From contig NC_045697.1 in assembly GCF_009834535.1 (NCBI RefSeq), positions 9,240,001 through 9,304,000 of the forward strand: 64,000 nucleotides of DNA. The letters run 5' to 3'. Below are positions 37,708 to 50,741 of the stretch, in pieces (the stretch's first letter is position 1; each line of letters opens with the position of its first letter). This DNA comes from Camelus ferus (lineage: Eukaryota). The notes beneath the pieces were generated by a model, which was not told the DNA's origin, searched no databases, and saw nothing but the letters and a program-made list of their open reading frames with translations. The position numbers were made by a program, and so were the translations under genes.

Positions 37708-40700
37708 TTTTATGCACGGCATGATTGCAGCTTCGTCAAGAATTGTGTGTGAGTGAAGGTGTGTATGAGTAAATGTGTTTATAGCATATGACTGAAAAAA
37801 TATAAACCAACATATTTACAGCTGTCATCATATTGTGAGTTTATAGATAAAATTTTTATTGCCTATTTATTTTTATATTTTCTAAAAGTATTCAATAATT
37901 ATTGAACTCATTATTCATAGTACCTTTATAATCATAGTATCTTTATAAAATTGTACTAAAAATTCTAACACCCAGGTTAATAAATGGACAGCGTATATAA
38001 ACAAAAATTTTGCAGCAGAAGAAATACAAATGTCCAATAGACATATGAAAAAAAACTTCAAAATAACTAGCAATCAAATAAGTGTGACAAATAATCAAAG
38101 TGTTGTATTTAAGGACCCTTGGATTCCATCTTGGATTAATTTGGAGTTCAGCTGAAGATGCATTTAAGTTATATTCACCAGAAAATTTTTCAATCATAAT
38201 GAATGATGGTAACAAACCTATGATTTCACACTAGAGGAATGATTCAACAAATGATATTGTATGTATAGGTATGACAAATACTATGCATATTTTTTCAAAA
38301 GAGAATAAAGATCAAATATCTCTAAGAAAAAGGAAATAAGACAGTATTTATATTCTTCCAGTTTTGTGTATTTGGTTGTACATAAACACATCAACACCTA
38401 GAATGTGGTTCTCCATGCACTGTAGAATTATTAGAAGCATTACTACTCATTTATAATGTTTTTTATTTGTTTGTTTTCAGACTTCTGAAAAATGTAAACT
38501 AAGGTTATGAAATTCAGATCCAGGATGTTAAGCGACCTGTGCCTAAAGCCCAGGGATTTTTATGTCAAAGCTCAGGCTTTCTCCCACACCGTGTGGCATC
38601 CACTGCTGCATCCCAAGGCTGGATATGTTGCCTACGTGGAACCATGTTATTTGCAGGGACATGCTGACTCAACACAAAACACCTACCTATGAACTTTCAG
38701 TTTTCATAAAGACAGCAAGTGTCCTTGTCCTCTCTCAGAGTCTCATCTAATTTCTGAGTGTAACCCATTTCTAGCTACTGAGAATGAGAAATATTGGGGT
38801 GAAGGGCCGTTGGTATGAAGTTTAGGGATTGTTAAGGGTTAAGGAAAATAATATAGCTGGGATTAGGTTAAGCATAATCCAGGAAACAACTCCTAGACCA
38901 CCAGGGTTCATATGAATCTTTCAAAGGGAAGAGTATGTCATTCTCTAAGAATTTACTTTAACTCTTAAGGTCTGTATCACATTGACTCAAAATTTTTATT
39001 TAAAGTTACATTACTATACTGATTTGTACTTAATTAATACACAGATATGGCTGTTTAAAAAAATTAAAACAAACAAAACCTCCTCTGGTTATATTTGAAA
39101 ATCCCTAAAAGTGCATCATTGCTATTTATAAATTGGTTGATTAGTCCTAATTAAACCCAAAAGGTACTATGAGGTCAAAAAAATAATCCTTTAATTTAGT
39201 TCCAAGCCAAATTAAATAATAACTTATTATTAAATAATTAAATAATGTAGGTAATTCTCAATAAACTTTTGGGACATTTGAAGACTCACAGAAAGATACA
39301 AATATCATATTGAATATTCTAACAGTCTTTTATAACAACTTTGAAATAAATGATGTCTTAGGATACTAATCTAACTGTAACAAAGTTTAATTTTTTCTAT
39401 TTTTAGATAAAAACAATGTATTATGTTAAAAAAACCTACATTGTTTTATTGAAACATATAAACAATATATATCTTTAAACATAATTTACATTTGGCATGA
39501 TTCCAGTTTTATCAAGAATTTTGTGTGTAAATGAGTATGTTTATGGTATAAGACTGGAAAAAATTTGAACATATTAACAGCTCTTATTTCTTTGAACTGA
39601 GTTTATAGATATTTACTGCTCATTTTTTTCCTAAAAGTAGTAAATACATATTTTACAATTAAAAGCTGTACTTTTATAGAATCATATAAATAATGTGGGT
39701 GTTTAACAGAATATATGATTTTTATAAAAAACAGAAAAAAGTTCTGTATCACTTATATGTTCTACAAACATAGAATTTAACACAATAAAAATTAATTATG
39801 TCATAAATTGATTTAGAGATTTAAAAAAAGGATAAGCATTAGAAATACCTTGTGTGTATTTCTTCATTATAAACAGAAGCTTGCATTTCAGCCTTGAGTT
39901 TTTAGTTTCTCTGCATTCTATTTTCAAAATGGCAATATTAAAAAAGCCTCAGCATCCACTATCTCCTTTGTCTCCAAGACGATATTCTGTAAAACTGATT
40001 TGCTGGTGGAGTCTTAGAAGGGTGCATTGACATGGATGTTACTGAGAAGCGGAAGAGTGATTGTGATCATCACCACATAAGCACAAGCACCATCTGGATG
40101 GGACCAGGGCTTCTCTGTGGACCAAAGTTGGTTCAGTCACCCCTTCATCACAGATCCAGACCTGACAGATTTCTAATATGCACAGCCACCTGGAAGCATA
40201 ACTCTGCCCAAACCCAGCTGAGCTTTCATTCTGTGGTTTTCATTCTCTTGTGTTTGATGTCCAGTGTTCCTCTCTCTGATGTCCACTTCTGAATTCCCCA
40301 ACTGATGATCAGCATCAGAGAGAACCGCAGTGACGGCTCTGATGATTTCCAAAAACTTGCGGCATCGGTTGCATTCAGGTCTCTCCTGGGTCCCACACTG
40401 CTCATCACTTTTCCATTTCTTTTTCCCAAACAACACTTATATCCAAGCACTTTCCCCCTTTCATTCTTAAATCTTCGAATTCAAACTCTCAAATGTATTT
40501 ACATTTAAATGGAGTGCTGAGGACTTTCGGTATTTGAAAAAGCTTTTGAGATGTTTAATGAACTTCTAAAAGGTTCTTGGATTGAAGCTTTGCCAAGAGT
40601 AGTTCTATGCTGAACAATGGGGAGTCTGGGTTCAATTTAGAACTACACAATCATCAATCCAGGACAAACTTGAGCCCTGAAAACTCTGCAATTCTTCCAC

Positions 40701-41261
40701 TGCTCCGTAGCCTTGCACCCAAGGCCTTTGCTGATGGACCTGGTCCTACTGTGCCAAGCTCATCTCTTACCCCTCAGGAACCACACTAGCCTGCTTGCTC
40801 CTCCCCAGATACCCCTGTTTTCTGTTATCTTTGTCTTGCCACTTACTTTCCCCGATGGCCTGGAACATCCTCCCTCACTCCTTATCAACTGCCTTTTCAA
40901 AATTCGTGGGCTAAGTTCAACATCAGTTCCATTATGAAAATCTCTCTTTTTGCATGTGAGTGTTTAGGGAAAAGAGCGTACGTTAGTCCCCAGAAGTTTC
41001 TGACTTGATGGTTTACGTGAGCCCTCAGAAGCCATATAACTAAGGCACATGCAGTACTGCTCCATTTTAGGTACGATGAAACTTACGATTTCTTTTGCAT
41101 GACTTCTGTGTAAACAAAGTAATGTTTATGAAGCTCTTGGGATGTAATCAGTATTTCCATAGCTCTGAAAATTGGGGAAAATTACTTACCTTTTCTCTGC
41201 CCCAGAATTCTCACTCCTGAAAAGCAATCCTGAAAAGATTGTAATGAGGATTAAATGAGGC

Positions 41262-41464
41262 TAAATTAGGAATTTGGGATTAACATATGCATACCACTAT
41301 ATATAAAGCAGATAAACAACAAGGTCCTACTGTAGAGCACCAGGAACTGTATTCAGTATCTCTTAATAACCCATCATGGAAAAGAATCTGAAAAATAATA
41401 TACGTATATGTATAACTGAATCACTTTGCTATACACCTGAAACATTGTAAATCAATTATATTTC
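41262..41464 (+). mobile_element. Older artiodactyl-type L1 3' UTR
   Basis: AGATAAACAACAAGGTCCTACTGTAGAGCAC...TGTATAACTGAATCACTTTGCTATACACCTGAAAC. Its A tail resumes at 41672-41682. Confidence 0.85.
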
Positions 41465-41656
41465 TTTTTTTAAACATTTCTTATTGATTTATAATCATTT
41501 TACAATGTTGTGTCAAATTCCAGTGTAGAGCACAATTTTTCACTTATACATGAACAAATATATATTCATTGTCACATTGGTTTCTCTGTGAGCTACCATA
41601 AGATCTTGTATATATTTCCCTGTGCTATACAGTATAATCTTGTTTATCTATTCTAC
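41465..41656 (-). mobile_element. Young L1 3' UTR fragment, same family as 11747-12234
   Basis: TCATTTTACAATGTTGTGTCAAATTCCAGT is shared with the 11.8 kb copy. TSD AATCAATTATATTTC (41450-41464) / AATCAATTATATGTC (41657-41671). Confidence 0.9.
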
Positions 41657-43139
41657 AATCAATTATATGTCAATGAAAAAAATAGCATTATGAAACAAGA
41701 GTACATTTTGCAAATATTCCCATCCAAAAATGAGGAAATCTGTATAAAGACCTCAGAAAAATATCTGGCAAATATCAACAGCTCAGAAAAAAGTGAATTA
41801 TTCTTATTAACTAATGTTCTCTTTCTGGCTCTATGCTTATTTGAACAACCTTTGTATGACATAGGATTGCTTGCACCTGTGTGCAGGTTCCTTGCCTTTC
41901 CCAAACACTGTATGCTACTTGATAACACAGACCATATTCTCATAAGGTCAATGACTATGGGTGGTACATTACAAGCCTTTAATGCACTATCTATGCAATA
42001 CAGTCAAATTAAACTTAGAAAAAGATATAAATTCTGCCCTATATTAATGGCTCCATACTTGATGCTATCTGACAATGTGGACAAATAAACCCACTACAAA
42101 ATGTGAACAACAGAGTAAGTTTTGACTTTCAAATAAAAATCACTATCACTTACCTTCCACTCTTCTGCTTCTTTTGGAAGATAGAAAAAGAGTAACAACA
42201 TTCTCCCAAAATAACGTGCTGGTCCCTTTAACTTTTGGCTGCTTTCTTTTGCTTTGGAAGGCAGACCACAATAGGGTGCGTGTTATAGACAGATGACATT
42301 TTTTTTTCCAATTTAGATGAAAGAACTTTGAAATATTGGTATTTGGTTGAGCATACTGGGCTGTTCCAAACAAAGACTTTTGATCCTGAGTGTAGACCTG
42401 CCAGGACTCCATCTTTCAGATTGATGGATGATCTTGCCATAATCATATTTTCATTATTTTTTGCTCTTCTGTTCTATGTGCCAAACCACCATTAAATCAC
42501 AGATACTAAATGTTGAATAAAGTGAAACATCTATGAATTAGAAATGGGCCCTTTCATTTTTTAAATTCACTTTTCTCATCCTATGCTACACTTTCCATCA
42601 TTCATCTGGTTTTCCCAGTCTCCCAGTATATCCTTTTTGACCTTTCTTTAGATTCCTTACATTTCAAAGGAGTCAGTGTGGGGAACCAAAATGACTTTGA
42701 GCTGAGAGTAAGAAAACCTGGCCTTTGTCTCAAATTTGCTTTCAACTTGCTTTGTCACCTTGAGAACCTTTTTTCACCTTTCAATAACCAAGACGTACAA
42801 CATGGTCTCTAAATTCTTTGCAACTTTATGATTTCTGATTTTTATTTAGAGCTTTGCCCCCTTGATATTCTATTCTGAAAAATGGATCTTTCACTCAACT
42901 TAAAAAAGAAAAATCATGTTGGCTAGTATTTTAATTGTGTCCCCTTTTCCCTATTTTCTACCCAGAGCTGTTTTAAAGATTAATAAAATAATCTGAGTAA
43001 AATATTCTAGCATAATTGCCCTTCTTTTTTAATCCTTTTAAAATTCTGCCATTTCTGCTTTCTCTATACCATTCTTCATTTATTCCATAACTATTTTGAT
43101 TCTCCCATTATTTTATAACCTCAAATCTGATTCACTAGA

Positions 43140-44010
43140 AACTTCATTGTAAATTTATTAAATAAGTGTATAGCTCAATGGGCCAGGCACTGTGTTATTT
43201 AGCTGTTTTGGAGGGCCCAATAAATAAAATTCCAGTGTCTCAAGTAAGACAGGCATGAACATCACTCTTGTGGAGTTTACAATTTGGTGAAGAAAAGAGA
43301 GCTTGAGACATAGTAATCAGTAAATGTGTAATGCAGAAATAGGGCAGGATAAGAGCTAGAAGGCAGGGGAGCTTACTCTCTCTGGGGAGTCAAAGAAAGG
43401 TTCTCCTAGGAAGCAATGCATAAATAGAAGCCCACAGATGAGAAGGAACAAGACACTGAGCTGGCTGATGAGATGAGAAGAGTATTCCAGGCAGTGAGAA
43501 ATGCAAAAAACGCTTGTGGTACCTTTGGAAACCTGGAGTTGGCCAGGGCCTGGACAGTGAGTATGAACAGTGCTAGATGAGAAGGAAGGTCAGGGCAGAG
43601 CCCAGGCCATGCGAGCTAGAACTTAGACTATATCCTGATGACAACGAGGAGACTTTGAAGTGTTTTAAGCCTCTGTAGAAATCCAAGTGAAGATGTCCAG
43701 TAGACAATTGAGTCTAGGCATCCAAAGAGAAAGCCATGTAGGGTATTATAAACTTAAAACTCATTGGCAAACAGATTACTACTGAATCTCAGAAAATAAA
43801 TACAATTGCCTACTGAGTAAGTGTTGCGAGATCAGAGGAGAGTATATGAGTGGTTCTGAGAATCGCCCATACTCAGTGACTGGGTAGAGGAAGCTAGAGA
43901 GCTAGGACCAAAGGGAGGAGCCAGAGAACAGTGTTTGGAGATGGAAGACACCACCACTGTCCACGCTGCCAAGAGGTCGAGTAGGATGAGGACAGAAACA
44001 GGACACACAC
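43140..44010 (-). mobile_element. L2 fragments
   Basis: GGGCCAGGCACTGTGTTA, GAGTATTCCAGGCAG and GAAGATGTCCAGTAGACAATTG antisense L2 motifs. Confidence 0.7.
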
Positions 44011-44482
44011 ATTCGCCTTACTCTGCACCATTTTTCTTCCTGCCTGTGATAAGAAAAAGAGAGAGACAGTTTTTCTTCTTATTTTTCATGTCTTTGTTGT
44101 TCATCTATTGATTCATCCTGAAATATTTTGAGTGAAAATATTCTAGAAACACCCTTAAATCCAGTTAAACTTTGGCACGCTACTGAAATTGCTTCTGCTA
44201 ATATTGCTGACAAAAATTATTAATTAATAATGGAAATTTCAAAACTTTTATGTTTGGTGTTTTCGAATTTGTTTGTAAAGTAGAAGAAAGTGGTATCTAC
44301 TAAGAGTGAGAGAAGGGGAGGGGACAGACTTTGCAAAGATTTAAAGAGCAGGATGATTAGAAATACATGTCCAGATATTTGGGGCAGGTTATAAATTATA
44401 ATTGAAATTAGGCTCAGTGAATTTACAGTGGTGCAACTCTTCTGGTTGGGTACTTCATAGATCACACAAAAGGGAAGAGCTT

Positions 44483-44937
44483 TGTTGATTGAAATAAAAT
44501 CACACAATGTGAGGGTTGTGAATTCAGTTTTACTGGGGGCAAAATAAGGACTATAGCCCGGGAACCAGCATCTCAGATAGCTCTGAGTAACTGCTCTGAA
44601 GAGATAGGTGGGAAGGTCAGTATTATATACGATTTTAGTGAAGAGGGGCACATGCAGCCAAGCACACATGTGGCAGAGGCTTGCTGCTAGTTACCAGGAG
44701 CAGATGTCAGCATTAATGATTTTGGTGCTTTTCTAGATAAGAGGAGACAAGAATCTGGGCTCATAAAACCTTCTTCGGAAAATATCTAACTATCTGAAGA
44801 CCTTTTCTGCCAGTTTTTCCCAGAGCACAGAAAAACCTCATTCCTGATATCCAGGTTGTGTTAAACATCAGCGGCTGCAGTAGCTCACGATCTAATCCTT
44901 GCAGAGGCAGATGGCAAGTGCCAATTTTTAGCTGGCA
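44483..44937 (-). mobile_element. ERV1 solo LTR, MER41-like (artiodactyl MER41_BT type)
   Basis: TG...CA termini. TGTTGATTGAAA...GGGGCAAAATAAGGACTATAGCCCGGGA...CTCAGATAGCTCTGAG resembles the remembered MER41_BT consensus. 4-bp flanks GCTT/GCTG. Confidence 0.75.
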
Positions 44938-45892
44938 GCTGGAATCCATCCATAGAATTTTTCAAAAAGATTTAATGAATGGACAAAGCGGCAGAAACAT
45001 ACATGTAAAATTTTGTGTGGACATGGGTATAAAGAGATAGGCTTTAAAGTGTAATCTGGAGAGAGATTGTGGTAGATTTGATAGTTTCTTGCATGTTTCA
45101 AGGCACTAGATATTCTGATGAGGTAAAAATTAAATGTAGATTAGCAGGCATGCTGTAAAATTAGTAGATTATGAAGAGAAATTGTGGGGTCTGCATTAGC
45201 AAGTTCAGAAGCAGAGAAATTTCTGGGTTTGATGTGCTGCTCCTGGAGGATATCTGAAATAAGACAGAAGGGAAGTCAAGACAGAGACATATGAAAGGAC
45301 ATGCATGTGGATCTTCTTCTATGTCCTTTGGTTTTATGGCATCGGATGAGTTGAAATAAATTATTGTGAACCATTTTCTAAAGTTTTCAATGAACAGGTA
45401 GTTTCATCCTCACCCATGGTCTTCTCCCTCCGTCATGTGTTAGTAAGTCCTCTGTCTCTCTCCATAGAGACAGAACTGATAGAGTGAGATAAGAGCCCCT
45501 TATCGCATTAAATATATGTCTGGAAGTGGGAAATCTCTATGGTTATTGTCATTAGAATGGTGGTAAGTTTCTCTTCACCATTGCAGCAGACAAATCTGAT
45601 ATCCCCTTTCCTGAATTCTAGCCCCTTACCTTAGCAATGGAAGCTTCAGAGAGGTTATCAAGGGAGTGAGTTAGGGTGAATGCAGCTAGTGTCGGTAAGT
45701 ATGAGGGTGAGTGGGAAGACATCCAGAGCAAGGCAGAGGTGCTGCAAATGCTGTCATATAGTTCTGCAGAGCACAGATGGGATGCAGGAAGCAAGATTTA
45801 CCTTGTATTCTTCCTTAGACTAGAGAATTATAGCTCCTGAAAACATGACAAAGGAAGCCCAGTGAAGTTCCAAGTGTATCTGTTTACTTATA

Positions 45893-46997
45893 CAGGCATA
45901 CCTCATCTTGTTGTACTTTACTGTGCTTTACAGACACTGTTTTGGTTTTTTTTAATAACAAATTGAAGGTTTGTGGCAACCCTGATGGAGAGTCCAACAG
46001 CATTTTCTCACTTTGAGTCTCTGTGTCACATTTTGATAATTCCTGAAATAGTCCAAATATCCCTTTATTATTACATCTGTTATAGTAATCTGTGATCATT
46101 GCTCTTTGATGTTACTATTGTAACTGTCTGGGAGTGCCGAGAACCGTGCCCATACAAGATAGCAAACTTAATGGATAAATGTGTGTGTGCGAGGTTAAAA
46201 TATCAATACTAAGAGGAATTTGGAAGAAGTTGATTCTGATTCTGATGCCCATGGATAACTTTGAGGGGTTCAGGACTTCAGTGGGGGAAGTAACTGGAGA
46301 TGTGGTGGAAACAGCAAGAGAACTAGAATCAGAAATGGAGCCTGAAGATGTGACTGCATTGCTGCATTCTCATCAAACCTTAACAGGTGAGGAGTTGCTT
46401 TTTATGGACAAGTGTGTAAAGTACCTTCTTGAGATGGGACCTACTCCTGGTGAAGATGTTGTGAAGATTGTTGAATGGCAACAAAGGATTTAAAACATTA
46501 CATGAACTTAGTTGAGACAGCAGCAACAGGTTTTGAGAGAATTGATTCCAATTTTGAAAGAAGTTCTACTGTGGCTAACATGCTATCAAAAAGCATTGCT
46601 TGCTACAGAGAAATTGTTTGTGAAAGTCGATCGATGTGGCAAATTTCATTGCTGTCTTATTTTAAGGAATCACCACAGCCGCCCCAACCTTCATAATCAC
46701 CATCCTGATCAGTCAGCAGCCATCAACTTGACGCAAGACCCTCCATCAGCAAAAATATTATGGCTTTCTAAAGGCTCAGATGATGGTTAGCATTTTTTAG
46801 TACAAATTATTTTTAAATTAAGTTATGTACATTGCTGTTTAGACACAATTCTATTGCACACTTAAATTTCAGTATAGTGTAAACATAACTTTTGTATGCA
46901 CTGGAAACTAAGAATTTTGTTTGACTCAGTTTATTGTGATGGTCACTTTATTTCAGTGGTCTGGAACCAAATTTGAAATATCTCCAAGGTATGCCTG
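45893..46997 (+). mobile_element. Internally deleted Tigger1 (Tc1/mariner, pogo-type) with frameshifted transposase C-terminus
   Basis: Inverted termini CAGGCATACCT...AGGTATGCCTG flanked by TA on both sides. ORFs 46179-46493 and 46475-46696 give EVKISILRGIWKKL...EPEDVTALL and GFERIDSNFERSSTV...PQPPQPS, matching Tigger1 transposase. Confidence 0.95.
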
Positions 46998-47149
46998 TAC
47001 TTATATCCAGCTAATGTTTTAATTTGGGGGTTGTGCAATGAGGGTCATGTATGTCTTACACTAATTAATTAATTAAATGGTGAAACAAGTGAAATATTCT
47101 CAAGGAAAGCCATACATGGCCCAATGACGTTAGGGCATTGTAAATCAAA

Positions 47150-47810
47150 AATTATACCTCAGTTATGTGAACCTGATGTCTAAAAATCTAAACAATTAAA
47201 CAGAGATACTGTTCTTCACCTGCAAGACTGGCAAAGAGCTCAGAGTTTGGTAGCATATTATTTTTATGTGATAGAAATCACGGAAATGGAAAATGGTGGT
47301 TCCTCATCTGTGGTGATGATTTGGCATATTCACCAAAATCACGAAGTCCATGTATATTTGATGAAACAATTCCATTATTCAGCAAATATACCACCAGATG
47401 TTTAAAACTGTGTGTGTGCATATTTATACACACAAACACACTGCTAGGTTTCAAAAGATTGAAATCGCCTAGCTTTCCATCAGTGAGATACTAGCTAAAT
47501 AACTTGATACAAAAGCATTCAATGGAATTCAAGGTAGCCGTTTAAATTATGAGGCTGTTTATGCAGTGATAATACAATTGAAGATGTATCTAAGTGAAAA
47601 GAGAACAATGTAGAAGAGTATGCATAATGTGTATGTATTTTTATATTACCATTTATATAAAAATAATAAAAATAAACATGTTTGTATATTTATAAAATGT
47701 CTCAGAAAGAATAAAGGCACGTAAGAAATTTGCTATCATTGATTGCCTCTATATGGCCATCTCTTTTGAATATCGAAATATGTAGGTATTATCAATTAAA
47801 TAAAAATAAA
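47150..47810 (+). mobile_element. Ancient L1ME-type 3' fragment
   Basis: AACAATTCCATT, TTCCATCAGTGAGATAC...AAATAA and TAAGTGAAAAGAG motifs. Confidence 0.6.
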
Positions 47811-48423
47811 ACCTGTTGAAGCAGAAAAATCATCAAAGTCAGCTTTATGTATCCATGAGGTTTTGTTCTCTTCATCTTTTATTTTCTTTCTTCATTTTCT
47901 TGCTCTCTTCTTGTTATTTCTTTTGCCTTCTTTTGCCCTGCCTTCCCTTCCCAAACTCCTTCTTCCTCCATTTCTCTTCATTTTCTTCCCACCTTGTAGC
48001 TGGTGGATTATGAGGCATTATCAGGAAATTAGGCTGCAGACCAATAGCTGTGATATTAAGGAGTTGTTTATTAGCTGTTCTGCTGGGGCTCAGAACACTT
48101 GCCCTTCAAGAGTGCACCTACTGGAACTTTTGCAGCCGCCATTTTCTCCAGGTCATTGCCATCTCCCTGGCACGTCCTCTTCCTATTATCTTCTTTTACA
48201 CAGTTCATTTGGGAGGCTGGGCTCAGTCCCATTGTTACATCATTTTTCTTTTGATCTTCTTTCCTCTTTTAAATTTTCTTTCTAAATACCTCTTTTGGTG
48301 CATCACAATGCTATCTTTCTCCCCCTACAATCTCCTCCATCTTAATACCCAGAATCATTATACTTTAGTATTGTTCACTCCTTACTCTTTACAAATTTCT
48401 AATCTTCAATCAGGATAGTTTAT

Positions 48424-48444
48424 ATAGATAGATAGATAGATAGG

Positions 48445-48494
<50 letters not shown>
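48424..48494. repeat. (GATA)n tetranucleotide microsatellite
   Basis: About 17 units with one GGTA interruption. Confidence 0.95.
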
Positions 48495-48497
<3 letters not shown>

Positions 48498-50149
48498 TTT
48501 TCACCCTACTCTGCTCCAGACAATGTATTATACAACGGAATGACATAGATGGATAGGACACAAACCTTGACCTCTGTGAAAGTATAAGAGTGTGTGAGGG
48601 TGGGGGGAAAGGCAGATATGAGTGTGCAGAATCCTATAAATGCAGTAATGGGGAAACCCACTGAAAAATGGGAAAGAATAAAGGAAGCATCTATTAAAAC
48701 TGCTTTTAAACATCAAAGAAGGCTTCATAGAGGGGAAAATCCTTTACTTAGATATTAAAGGTGAATAAATGTAGACATGGAAGGAAAAAAATCCAAGAGT
48801 GCCTAGCATGTGCAAAGGCACCGAGACACATAATATAATGGTATGTTTGAGGGGAAATTTAAGTTTGTAAGTAGAGATGAAGCAGAGGGCTGGTAACTGG
48901 GAGAAGCTGGTAATATTGAGGAGGGTAATATAAAGTTACTAAAGTTGGACCCTATGAGGGTTATATGTGATGTTAAGATATTTGGATGGTTTGGGGAAAT
49001 TCCTCAATTTCACATTTTTAGGGGGTGATGTATTTGGAACAATGTAATAGAAAATAAATAAGTAAAAATGCTAGTTATTCACAGTCTTATAACATCACTG
49101 AATGATCCTAGATGAGCAGATAATTATGGTACAGAAAATGGAATAGAAAACTTGTTCTAAAGCAATATGGACACCTTTAAATGATCTTCCTTTCCATATT
49201 AAAGACTCCTGACATAAATATCTACACGTGTAACCTGGGGAGATGCACGGACTGCATACTTTCCAACTGGAGGGGAAACGGGGGGCTTGCAAACAATAAA
49301 CACATTTTAAGTTGCAAGTCACAGTTGCAGTTAAATGTTTATATTTACACTTATAACTAAGAGATAAGAATTATATTTCCTGGATTCTTCACAGGAGTTC
49401 AGTTAACATTGAATTTAATAAATCATTCACGCCGAGGATGGATCATTAGCAACTTTTTTTTTCCTTCCTCAGCAACTGAAAATACCAGCTCTGAGTAGAA
49501 TGAGGAATTGAGCAGAGGAAAGTCCCAAGTCTGTCCCTCTCCAGCTTTTGTGTGCCATCTTAAGAAACTCTGTATCTTTCTTTCAGCTTGCCTCGGGAGA
49601 AATCATAAGGCTTCCAAACAGAGACAAATTCCATTTCTCTGTACATATCTGATAAAAGACAGTTGAAAATTTCTTAGGCCTTGAACTGCTTTAAATCTGA
49701 GATTGAGTCACACACTTAGAATTTATGCCTTACCTCCTCTGACCATTCTGTTCTTGTTTTCCTTGTTTGATTTTAGATCTAAGACTTGAGGAAAAAATAT
49801 GCTGTCAGGTTTATAGAAGATCATACATCATCTACTTTTATAAAGTACAACTTTTAATTGACTTTTGATTCATAAAAAATAGCTTTGGCTTGGCAGACCC
49901 TCTAAGGAATATTAGAGGCCTTAGTTCAACTCCCTGAATTTGCGAAACAAGAAAGAAATCGTCATACGTACTGAGTCAGGAGAACTGGATCCTCCGACTA
50001 GCCCTGCGGTTTATTGTCTCTGTGACGTTTGATAAGTTGCTTTCCCTTTCTGGACCCAGTTACCTTACATGTAAAATCAGTGGATTGTTTGAGATATGCG
50101 TTGTGGTCCTTTACCATGCTGCCACTCTGTAACTCTAAGGATGTAAACT

Positions 50150-50720
50150 GTGTGCTTCTTTATGCCAAGGCTTTGGCTAGTTTCCTGCGGTTTAAGCCTG
50201 ACAGTTGACTTTTCTTTTCGTGAAACAAGTGCCTGACTTAAGCTTTGATTGCCAAGGCATCTTCTTCGAAAAGGGCCATCTTGAAAAAACACACTTTCAG
50301 CAACACCATGTTGTCTGCAGGCCCCTTTGTCTCAGACATTGTGGTTGATTTCAAGAACTGACTGTTTGGGCTTCAATTTTTTTTTTTCTCTCCCTCAGCT
50401 TTAAATTTTGGCTCTTACATTTTAAATCACCGATAAAGGAAAAGCCTGCAAAACCCGACGTCCCCACCATTGACCCCAATAAAAGCAGAATCCCAGGCCC
50501 CTGCATGCTCTCACTCTCTCTGTCTCTCTCTACCTGTGATCTCACTGTGTGGACATAGTGTGCTATGTAATTTCCAGGTTATGTGCATAATAAACATTTA
50601 TTTCTCCAAAGTTTCCTGATGATTATTGCTGAAGGGTGTCGTGCAGTCATAATGAGAACCACAAGGGCTGGTTCAGCCACAACATTAGTTATTGATAGGC
50701 TGAGACTGACATGACACACA
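50150..50720 (+). mobile_element. Probable ERV solo LTR (family unassigned)
   Basis: TATA-like AATAAAAGC followed by a CT tract, AATAAAC poly(A) signal and CA end, an LTR-like layout. 5' boundary uncertain. Confidence 0.5.
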
Positions 50721-50741
50721 ATAGCTCCACAGGTAGCGTTA

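Noticed and set aside
40032..40508. Cluster of overlapping ORFs, including a CxxC-containing peptide (ECNRCRKF)
   Set aside because: No recognisable family and no convincing splice sites, poly(A) tail or TSD for a retrocopy. A blastx search would settle it.
41510..42088. Longest ORF in the window (192 aa)
   Set aside because: It starts at a GTG inside an antisense L1 3' UTR, crosses the insertion junction into AT-rich flank, and shows no domain signature.
46179..46790. Domesticated TIGD1-like gene
   Set aside because: Frameshifted, lacks the N-terminal and catalytic regions, and sits between intact transposon termini.
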